A stretch of 63,886 bases of DNA, the filler included, from Folioceros fuciformis (lineage: Eukaryota): NCBI GenBank assembly GCA_049999805.1. It is 8 parts of 8 records of this genome, joined end to end, with 100 filler letters (N's around TTAATTAATTAA, not from the genome) between each part and the next. Parts side by side here need not be neighbours in the genome. Positions count along the whole stretch, not along the records: positions 1 to 25,469 come from JBNGIO010004527.1; 7 more parts are not named here. The stretch is one strand, 5' to 3'. Of this stretch, positions 1 to 10,036 are shown piece by piece. The notes under the pieces are model-generated. The model saw nothing but the letters and a program-made list of their open reading frames with translations. It was not told the origin of the DNA and made no database searches. Numbering within the stretch: position 1 is the stretch's first letter; each line of letters begins with the position of its first letter. The position numbers were made by a program, and so were the translations under genes.

Positions 1-119
1 TGATTTACTTAGGGTGGGTTATTAGGGTGGGCTATTGAATAATTTATTAGGACGACACATGGTTGTGTAGAGGCCAGGCTGTATACTATATTACAATATA
101 TATATTTATACACGAGTGG

Positions 120-1230
120 ATAAGGACGTATCATGGTCATGAAAATGAGGTTCTTCTTGGTCCTAGTGCTAGTGTAGCCTTCACTTTTAACAAGGTGTAT
201 CTATTGTTAGAAATGAGGTTCTTAGTAGTCTGGCCTAGCATGCTAGGAATGAGGTTCTTACTCTTCCTCAGTGGTAGTCTAGCCCAACCTACTAGGAACG
301 AGGTTCTTCCTCTTTCCCAACGGTAGTCTAGTCTTCTTTCGTCAATGTGTATCCATTGCTAGGAATGAGGTCCTTACTCTTTCCTCGTGGTAGTCTAGTC
401 TAGCCTACTAGGAATGGGATTCTTCCTCTTTTCCAATGGTAGTATAGCCTTCTTTCAATAATGTAATGTGTATCCATTGCCTTATAAAGAGCATTGGCCA
501 ATGCAGTCCTTAGAACAGCGTATCTATTGCTTTACAAAAAGCATTGATCAATGCGTTCTTTAGAACAATGTATTTATTGTCTTGCAAAGAGCTTTGGCTA
601 GTGCATTCTTCACAATAACGTATCTAGGGTTTAGGGTTTATTGCCTATCTATTGCCTTGAGCAAGGACTAGTGCATTCTATACAAGAGNNNNNNNNNNNN
701 NNNNNNNNNNNNNNNNNNNNNNNNNNNNNNNNNNNNNNNNNNNNNNNNNNNNNNNNNNNNNNNNNNNNNNNNNNNNNNNNNNNNNNNNCAATGCATTCTT
801 TAGAACAACGTATATATTGCATTCTCTACAACAAGGTATCTATTGCTTTGCAAAGAGCATTGGCCAATGCATTCTTTAGAACAACGTATCTATTGCATTC
901 TCTACAACAAGGTATCTATTGCTTTGCAAAGGGTATTGGCCAATACGGTCTTTGAAGAGCTACAACAAGGTATCTATTGCTTTGCAAAGAGCATTGGTCA
1001 ATGCATTCTTTAGAACAACGTATATATTGCATTCTCTACAACAAGGTATCTATTGCTTTGCAAAGAGCATTGGCCAATGCATTCTTTAGAACAACGTATC
1101 TATTGCATTCTCTACAACAAGGTATCTATTGCTTTGCAAACAGTATTGGCCAATATGGTCTTTGAAGAGCTACAACAAGGTATCTATTGCTTTGCAAAGA
1201 ACATTGGTCAATGCGGTATTTGAAGAGCAG
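120..1230 (+). repeat. Tandem repeat array derived from the C-terminal coding end of a CRE-like non-LTR retrotransposon
   Basis: The unit caaggtatctattgctttgcaaagagcattggccaatgc recurs, with a higher-order period of about 210 bp (789 vs 999). It translates as KVSIALQRALANA, the same motif as the RLE C-terminus at 26085-26250. Confidence 0.75.
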
Positions 1231-2547
1231 CAAGGTTTAGTGGCTTCTTTGCCATGGGTGGTAGTAGGAAGCCTAGAAGGCTTGTTTAGGGTTTTAGTTA
1301 TTTTAGAAGAGCACCAAGTGAAGGTCAAGTGGCTTCTTTGCCACTGGTGGTAGTAGACCTTTTGTTATTTCATATCACAATAGTGTAGGCCTAGTAGGTA
1401 GCTTTGAGAATGAAGTTCTAAGGGCTAGTATGTTTTTTTTGTCTTGCTCACCTACTTGGAGTAGAGGGATTTTTTTAATAATTGGGTTGCAGTGTGATGT
1501 ATAGAATGAATGCCACATGTTAGCTAGCACTTGGAATGTTGTGGTTGGCCGAGCCCATAAAGGAGTGAGGCAAGTGTCGTTTCTTTTACTTTAACATAGG
1601 AAGAGACAAGGGAACAAGAGATACCCAGGGAGGGGAGGGGAGGGGAGGTCATAAAAAGCATAAAATTCGTGTGTCCCGTCGGTGCGTAGGGTAATGTGAT
1701 ATTCTGTCGTATGCATTGTTTATTGTGTACAAAAAGGTGTGTAGGTACTAGTACTACTTTCCATGGTGGACGTTAATTAGGGCCCGATTTGCTTGACGTT
1801 CACAAGGCCGTGAACATGTCTTCCTCGCATGCAGTTCAGTTCACCGTTGCGCCTCGTCTTCCTCTTCGCCTTTCTGCTTTCCCTTTCTTTAGGGTTTAAG
1901 TCCCTCGCAATTGGCCAGGCCATCGGTTCCAGCCCGCGGGTTCGCGATGCCCAACTTTCCTGCCATGTCGCACACCACTGGGGTTACTTGGAGGTAATTG
2001 TCCGCACCAGAGCTGCCAAATCGGGAAGGCTAATTTGCCGGTGATGTCGCCAATGGACGTGCTCGGTGCTTGCGGAAAGGATGTTAACAGCTGTCATCGT
2101 GTTCTTGCAGGTGGGATGTCGCAGCTTCTAGTTCCTAGCTCGGGACGAGTTGTTGACCTGATTGTATCGCTTTTGGATGCCCGGAGTCGCATCGTCTCGC
2201 AGGCTGTGTGTGTATCGACTCCTGCTTCTTTGTGGCTTGTTGCTCCCTCGAGACTTGACCAGAGGTAGATTGAAGGGTACTTTGGAGCGGGGATGCCCTG
2301 TCGCATCTTCGTGCAGAATGTGTACGATTGTTTGGCTGATTGCATCGGTCCTGTCGTGCAGATGTGTGGGCGGTAGGCGTCGGACCGTCTTGTTTGACAG
2401 AGGACCAGAGAGAGTGCAAGTTTGCAGTATCATAGAGTAGGCAGAGAGGTATTGCACAGGGAAGCTATATGAGGAAGCACAGGACGGGCAATCGCAGGAG
2501 GTAAGACTATACTTGGTAGGACTGAATGACAGATAAGTCAGGGGAGT

Positions 2548-5279
2548 ATGGAAATGGAGTGTGCGAGTGACCTTATGGTCTTGGGTAACAAGGGGCCACA
2601 GGATGGGAATGAGCTCAATGAGAGTTTGAGGCAAAAATTGGCCAACATTGACTGGGATGGCCCAGGATATAGGGAGAGTATGACAATCTTTCTGGAAGTG
2701 TTGGCACCTGAGCCTGCCGCAGGGACAGCAGCTGAGTTTCCGGGACAAGCTGGCATTCCAATACCGGGCTTTGGCTATGCAGTTTGTCAAGTGTGTCAAG
2801 AGCCAGAGAGTTTGGGGGAAACTTTGCTGTGCGATGGTTGCAGAACTAGCTTCCACATCACATGCTTGAGGCTGCAAGCTGAACACGCTTGTAAGCTTGA
2901 TGAATGGTTTTGCCAATCTTGCTCTGAAAGGGGGTTTAATGAGAGCTGGCCATTGGGGATGGTGGACTTGAATTTCATGCTAAGCAGGTCGTCACTGGAG
3001 GGAGGAAGGAAGGGGTGTAAAAATGTCCAGCAGGGGGGTCCCTCGGAAACTGCTGATTTGAGTAATATCACAGTGGAAGAGGCAACCTTTAAATCAGGGG
3101 ATGCAGGAATTTTGCAAGTAGAAGGAAGGGGACTTAATGGTGGAAGAGGCAGCCAGACTGATAACTTTAACAGCCCAAGGCAAGTACTCACCTGCATCAT
3201 TTCGTGAGGAAGTTTGCATCCGGGCACAGAAAAGCACAGTTTCTCCACTCCTTCTGTGTAGTCATAGCGCAAGGCTGATTTCTGTCAACCGTCTGGTTCC
3301 AGTCATCACTCCCAACTGACATAGTCTTAGCTGCATATAAGCTGTTCAGTATTTTAAAGAATCCCGTTCAAAGGATTAAGTAGATTTGGCATGTGTCTGT
3401 TTCAATTGTGCCTAGGAAATGTTTCATGACTTTGACTTTGACTTGCAGGCCCAGAGCTTCTTCACAGCTGTCGTCTGACGGTTCAGATAACAACAGCTTA
3501 GCAAGTTGTCAGAACAAGAATGAAAGGAAAAGATCAAGACAAGAAACTGAGACTACGTCAAAGTCTTTTTCAGAGCCGGACGTCCCAGTTGTTCATCGGG
3601 ACGTTGAACAAGATGGAACACATGTGGATCAGAGTGTGGACCAACTACAGGATGGGAGCCGTGTTTCCTGCTCACCCGAAAGATTATTGAAATGTGCAGA
3701 TGAAGCCCTGGAGCAGTTGCGGATCTACATAGCTTCAAGGAATGGGACTCTCGATGATGGTTGGACAGCTCACGTCAGGGAGAGAAGGAGGGAGGGTAGG
3801 GCTCCAACCACCCGGACCCACTATTATTCACCTGAGAAAAAACTTTTCTATTCACGCAAGCAGGTCGCACGACACCTGGGTCTTGTCGATAGCGAGGATG
3901 ACGCTGGAAGTGCAAGTGTTTGTGAAGCTGAGACCCAGGTCATGCAAACCAAGTGTGATGGCAGTGCACTTTCAGGTCATGCTGTTGAAAGGCTTGCAAA
4001 CGCTGTAACCGGGTCCGATGACACTGTGCCATGCTGCCAGAGTGCGGCTCCTTTTGGAGCCTTGCAGCCACCAACGGCGATGATGCCATATGATGGTGGC
4101 AAGGCTGATGCCTCGCTGACTACATGTCGCAGGTCTAAGCCAGCTAGGGCTGCCAACACTGGTGTGCCAGGGAAGGCAACAACTGATGCTGCTGAGTTGG
4201 AGCAGCAAGAGAGATTTCGCAGGTTGGAGGTTGCAGCCGTTGAGCAGTTGCGAAGGTATGTAGCTGATAGGAATGGAACTCTCGAAGACGGGTGGGCAGC
4301 AGACGTCACAAAAAGAAAAAAGGGTAAAGGGTCAACTGTAAGGACACATTATGTGTCACCAATGGGCAAAGTATTCAAATCGAGGGTGCAGGTTGTTGAA
4401 TATCTTGGTCTCCCAAAGAATGTTCCAAACAGCCAGGAAATTGTTGCTGCAGGCTACCGGACCACTGTAACAGACGTTGTGAATGCAGCTGCAAATGTGG
4501 GTGAGGTTATTGTACTATCAGGAGTGGTGGACGTGGAGCTACCGGTTCAGGTTCCCAAGGTCCCTGAAGAATCATCTAGAGTGTGGCGGCCAACCAAGTT
4601 GCTCGAGGCAGTGTCTGCTATGGATCCATCCCAACCTCGAGAAGCTGAATCTCTTCCTAGCCAAGTTCAAATACCAATGATGATTGAGCCACTCTCTCAA
4701 CCCGATCTTCTTTTCCAGACACATGCCTCCAGAAGTTCTTCAGGGAAGGGTTACTTGCAGCTTCTCGAGGAGAACATTGTGGGCATGAGAGACCGAAGTG
4801 GTAGACCGGGAGGAGGTTGGAATCAAGATGAATGTGGACTGGTGACAAACTCAGAATATGGGGTAGAGGAAAGCAGGTGTATGTTGTCAAGGATAGATAC
4901 TGCACACAATTCTGTTGTGGTGGAGCCCTTCATGGAACGAGTTCGAGAGGAGCAGTGGAAGGGGATACCTAACTCAAATTGTCATGATTCTGCAGAAGGT
5001 GCACCCAAAGACGAAAGAGAAGAATCTGAATGTTCAAAGTGTCAGGAGGATGCTGGCGATGCTTTGACAGAGGATGATCTACTGCGGAATATCAGGGAGT
5101 TTGTGGCAGAGCAAAACGTGTTGCTTGAGAAAGAGATGGACCTCCAGATGGAGAACACGTCGAACAGCTTCGCACCACGCAAAAGGGCAAGAGTCCGATC
5201 GTGTTTGGACATCGCGAGACAACTAGGTGCTTCTGGGTTGAAGAACCTGGATGTTCAGAGTCCGGACACTGGAGTATGA
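2548..5279 (+). CDS. PHD finger + two MBD-like domain protein (MBD9-like N-terminal architecture); exons 2548-3179 and 3449-5279
   Basis: The PHD reads CQVC..LLCDGC...FHITC...WFCQSC. Two MBD-like motifs read GWTAHV...THYYSPEKKLFYSRKQVARHL and GWAADV...THYVSPMGKVFKSRVQVVEYL. A phase-2 GC-AG intron at 3180-3448 (AG|gcaagt...ttgcag|G) joins the two ORFs in frame. The true 3' end may extend further. Confidence 0.8.
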
Positions 5280-5911
5280 CGCGCTTTGACCTCAAGAATG
5301 TAAGGAATTGTTTCCATCCAGAGGATTCTTTAATCGTTCAATGCTCATGTGTTATGTCTATCAGCTGCCTCCAGTCTCGGTCGATTATTGGAGGTCCAAT
5401 CTATTCACTTGATGGTAGCCCTGCAGGCTTGTATGCAGTGTGTGTACATTGAGAGTAAGGGTTGATGCCGGACGGCCCCTAGGAAGGGGGCCACGCAGCT
5501 ATCATCAGACGTTGACAACGAGTTGGGAGTTCAGTTCTGGCGAGGAGTTCGACATAACCTCCTGATGACCAGACTTGCTTCGCCTAACAGTGATGGAGAA
5601 GCGAACGTGGCGGTTGGTAGACAGGAACAAAGCAGCCCACTTCGAATGAAGACCCATGTGCAGTTGTTCTCTTCCCCCTTGAGCATGAGCAATTCTGGTG
5701 GGAGAGGGAGATGTCATGAACGTTGGGGTCCGGGGGCAGGCAGCGTCATAGCTTTCAGAAAGCGACATGAAGTCCGGTGCTGAGTAAGTTGGAAACTCAT
5801 CCCTCAACCGTTCCAGCATTGTGTAGTCCTCCCTGCAGACTGTACTCTTTCCTGCGCCGTGTCCCTCTGTCGTCCGTGTGAGCAAAATGTAAACTCCGAT
5901 CCTGCACCTTC

Positions 5912-7852
5912 TCACCCCAGCAGGTGCAAAAGAGCCAGCCCTCCCGACGCAAGAAGCAGCGGCACCATGTCTCGAGCATGCTGCTGCGGGTCTAGGGACA
6001 ATCCAGCGTCAAGTACGTTCATCTTGCAAGGCATGTTGAGCGCCTTGTTTACCAAGGATACAGAGAAGTCGGCTATTTGCGGGTTCTCCGCCTTGATAAG
6101 GTTGGGATACACCCGGCACCTGACAGACACAGCTGGGAGCTCCTCATCCTCGACTGGGAAGTAGCCGAGCCCGCAAGGCCCGCACCCAACCGCTGGTTGC
6201 TCACACGGTAGCTGCAATACTGAATTCGCTTCAACAATGGCGGACTTACTCAGATTGTTCCTCGTGTACAATTCCATCTCGTCAACTCCGCATGCCAGAG
6301 CCAACGCCGAAACCTGCAGGGACTGTGTTACCAGGAAGGTCGAGCCACAAGCAGAACAGGCAGAGGATGGGGCGGGCAGCTCGGCACAAGGCACAGATAG
6401 GTTCTGCCCTAACTGCAGTGGGGCCTTTGCCTGGCCGGGTAGGATCCCATTCGCGTACTGTAGAAGCTCGGCGGGGACCTGGCACAGCTGCGCCATGGTA
6501 TCAAGACTGGAGTCATTGACCTTCACCTCGGGGCTGCAGGGGCTGCATCTCGGCGAGAGCGAAGTTCCGCAGGTTACGATGAGTTGGAAATTCGGCGGCA
6601 CCTCGGTGTGCACTTTGGGATTGGCGGCCTCCAGCCCCTTCGTCCTGCATTTGGCCGATACCGCTGCTAAGCTCTCGTAATCCTGCGCTATGTACGAGGC
6701 CCCGCACAGCCCGCATTGCCTCGAGCTCTCCCCGAAGCAGGGCACGCTGATCAGTTGCCCCGGCCGGAGCACGGACGATTCGTTGCGGAGTGCAGGGTTT
6801 GCAGCCAGCAGTCCCTCGTTGCTCACTCGGCAGGTACGCGCGGCTATGTCGACACTTACTGCTTCCTTGGCGCGGTAAAAGATGCCACAGTCGCCGCATC
6901 CACTTGTGGATCTCGCCAGCTGCGGCTGCCCACACGGGACGCTGATGTACTGCCCTGGGTAAAGCTCCGGGTCTCCGGTAGCCGCAACAATGAGGTCCTT
7001 GTTGGCCTGGTGCAGGTCTTGGAGAAGAACACGGCACTTGGCGGCTATGGCTTCCAAGTCATCCCCATACTTGATGAAGTAGAAGGCCCCACAGGGGCCG
7101 CAGTCCGCTGGGTCTGTCCCCGTGCACGGCAAGTTCACCGTCCGTCCCTCGGCATCGTCTACACCCGGGTTAGCTTGCTGCAGCAGGCCGAGGTCGACAT
7201 TGCACGTCTTGGAAAGGGAGGAGAGCGTGTCGCCTACGCCTCCCGCGTACAAGTTGCCGCACACGCCACACCTCGAGGTGTTGAGCGACAGGGCAGGCGG
7301 CGCATCTGACGGGGCAGTGCTCGGGCTCGGATCCGGAGTTGGTTCTGGCCTTAGCAATGGAGAGGGTAGCCTCTGGGGGAGGCTCGTCGGCGCCGCCGGC
7401 GCACGTGTGATCGGAGGTGTCTGTGGAGCTTGCGGCGGAGGTGCTGTGGGAGGGGCTTCTGGAGGAAAGGTAGAAAGCGCCGGAGGTGAAGAAGCCGGTG
7501 ATGCTGGATCCGTCGGGGATGGAGTAGGAGCAAGTTCCACTGGTAGAAAGGGCGAGGGTGACCGGAGTCGCGTTTTCTTCCACTGCCACTTTCCCCTGTG
7601 CTTCCCCCACGTCTTCTTGTTCCTCTTGTTGGTCCTGTCGAAACTCGCGGAGTATTCCTCGAAACTGCTCCACGTGCCTAGCCGCGCGGGGAAGAGGTTG
7701 CTGAGAGGCGAGCTTCGTATGGACATGTGAGGACGACGGTCCTGCTCTAACGCTCTACCGACAGGGAGAGCGTTGAAGCGACCGAATCCCCTTGCGCAGA
7801 GGTGCACTGACCCGATCCACAACAGGAGGAAGAGGTGCCATCTTCTGGCCAT
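5912..7852 (-). CDS. Secreted, probably GPI-anchored Pro-rich protein with seven LysM repeats (intronless)
   Basis: A signal peptide MARRWHLFLLLWIGSVHLCARG starts at ATG 7852, in frame within ORF 5912-8035. A Pro/Ser/Ala stalk follows, then 7 repeats of CxxC..Y...GD.L..I...C......L..AN....L.PGQ.I.VPC. The C-terminal tail MVPLLLASGGLALLHLLG is hydrophobic. Confidence 0.8.
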   Translation of the reverse strand: MARRWHLFLLLWIGSVHLCARGFGRFNALPVGRALEQDRRPHMSIRSSPLSNLFPARLGTWSSFEEYSASFDRTNKRNKKTWGKHRGKWQWKKTRLRSPSPFLPVELAPTPSPTDPASPASSPPALSTFPPEAPPTAPPPQAPQTPPITRAPAAPTSLPQRLPSPLLRPEPTPDPSPSTAPSDAPPALSLNTSRCGVCGNLYAGGVGDTLSSLSKTCNVDLGLLQQANPGVDDAEGRTVNLPCTGTDPADCGPCGAFYFIKYGDDLEAIAAKCRVLLQDLHQANKDLIVAATGDPELYPGQYISVPCGQPQLARSTSGCGDCGIFYRAKEAVSVDIAARTCRVSNEGLLAANPALRNESSVLRPGQLISVPCFGESSRQCGLCGASYIAQDYESLAAVSAKCRTKGLEAANPKVHTEVPPNFQLIVTCGTSLSPRCSPCSPEVKVNDSSLDTMAQLCQVPAELLQYANGILPGQAKAPLQLGQNLSVPCAELPAPSSACSACGSTFLVTQSLQVSALALACGVDEMELYTRNNLSKSAIVEANSVLQLPCEQPAVGCGPCGLGYFPVEDEELPAVSVRCRVYPNLIKAENPQIADFSVSLVNKALNMPCKMNVLDAGLSLDPQQHARDMVPLLLASGGLALLHLLG

Positions 7853-10036
7853 GGCTCCCGCTGTCAAGTCAGTACTCTGGTCGGGGGTAGGATCCCGCCC
7901 CCGCCCGTTCCTAGGAACTCTGCCTGTCGAAGGGCTAGATGGCGCGGGTGTCTGTGCAAGGACCGGGCATTGGGTGGCATCCCGCCTTTCCCCCATGGCT
8001 AGCTGACAGCCTGAACTGCGGGTTACGCAGGACATAGCTCTCCTCTGTCAGTCAGAGAAATCTCTTCATAGGAAACTGGGACCGCTCTGTGAAGTCAAGA
8101 TCAGCGTCGCATCTGTTCAAAGTCCGTCGTACATATTTTATCGCATTCATTGAATTCCCCCATAACTGCGGCGTGCACGTCCGACAAATACGCCTATACG
8201 GAAACTGCAGAGGTCTGTCCAGACGGCTTACTGTATTAGGCCAAATGCACATGCAGTGATAAGAATCCCAGATGGACAGCGGTAGGTCTGGTATGGTAAA
8301 AGTTACCAACTTCCGTCACGGGATTCCGTCCTAATTGGATTCTAATAGGAATAGGATTTGTCTCTTGCATGTGGCCTGTCCTTCAACTATGCAGAAGGCA
8401 CAGGCGCTCGTCCCTCTGGGTTCACACCCAATGCGGATTTGTTTTGAAAACATTTATACGTATTCTTCGACGGCTGCTAGAACTTCCCACATGCATACAA
8501 CTGTCTATGACAGCAAGGGATTTTTTTTGAAGACGAGTGTTCGCTGAAGGAACGAATCAAGGATATCCCAGAGGACTAGGGGACGGCACAAGAATCTCAT
8601 CTCCACGTACGCCGATGTGCCGTGTCTCGGCGTATGTGGAGATGAGATTCACGATGCGCCGAATCTCTCAATTTTCAATTTGGGACGTGGATTTCGGTAC
8701 CACCGTGGCAATCGTTGCATATCCAAACATTCTGTCACTGGCACAGATGCGTCATCCTCTGTGTCCAGCCGACCAACATGAGAACGAAAGGGACTCTGCT
8801 CATCAACCACCTACCTGAACATGATCCGAAAGTTTACGGTGCGCAAGAATGCCCACAATTTCCTAATAGAGGTGAAGGAGTTGTTGGACGTGACCGAGGA
8901 TGGCGAACGCAGACTAAACTAGGGAGCTCCACCATCTCTTGGAAATGGAATACGAATGGGATACCCAACGAACTGTCTGAACAGCGTGACACAGCCCAAA
9001 TTGTTTTCCCTGTACTCTTTCCGTCGGGGCAGCAACCTGAGGGATGCACAAAGTGCTCAGTGTCTACAGAGACATCGTCTTCTCCACTTGAGCGCTGGTG
9101 AGCAGTAACCAGTTCATCCGCTGTGAACCGACATCAGCACCATGACATCCTACCAGTTGGACCCCGAGGAAACAAGCGTGCTCGCCGTGTCAGTATTTAT
9201 TCGGTGCGGACTTGCATCTCCTGAACACTGATGTCGCAATCGGACTACGAGTACTAGGTGACACGCTAAGTCTGCATTGCTCCACTTTCTTCCATTGCGC
9301 ATGTGGCAAGCGTTGTCGTCCCTATGGTAGCAAGTTACTTTTAGCTACGCAGCAAGAAGTAGTCGGATTACTATAGGAATAGGCCTGCCTGCCAAAGTGT
9401 CTCGCTCTGTCGAGTCAGGGGTGAAGGGGGGCTGCAGTCTTGAAGCACGGTAGTAAGGAGTGCTCTCAAAACACAGATTCTTCCTTGCACTGTTGCAAAC
9501 ATGAACTGTGAGGGGCTTTGAGTACAGGCGGATTAGAGACTTTGCAAGCATTGAGCGCAAGTAGAGAGAAGCAGGACGCGACTTACCCAAGGTAGCGTTA
9601 CATAGTCGAGGAGAGAAGGCTGCGCTGGCATGGTTCCACACATGCCGTTGGAGTTCGATCTTCTTAGTTCATAGCTTTGCACAGATCCCACGTTCATGCA
9701 TTCTGCATTCATTCATTCATTCCTGTTCCATGCCCTGCGAGGAATATCCTGCAATCATCGCACGCCACATCCCGATATCTCCTGAGAACCGCCCACGAGA
9801 TGCCTTGGGCTCCATCTCCGCTGCCAGACTTGGCATGTCCACCAAATTGCTTGGTGCAAACTCATGGGCTTCAAGTGCTTGTTCTCTAACTTGTACACCA
9901 AATCATTGTGTGCAGCTATGTCTTTTAGCTTCTTGAGCAGATTCAGAGGTGGACAGCTGTATGCTCCAAAGTTTTTCGTACGCATAGATCGTCTATGTTG
10001 ATAACCGGCTCCCTCTTCCTCTGGAAACGCCTGTTG

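Noticed and set aside
625-640. TTTAGGG telomere-like repeat
   Set aside because: Only about two units are present, so it is not a telomeric array.
2128-2916. 262-aa antisense ORF and similar long antisense ORFs over the LysM and PHD genes
   Set aside because: They have no recognisable motifs and are explained by codon bias of the sense genes.
9755-10036. Possible read-through or frameshifted DYW domain after the WW-type PPR stop
   Set aside because: No HxE, CxxC or DYW-like terminus was found in the downstream translations examined.
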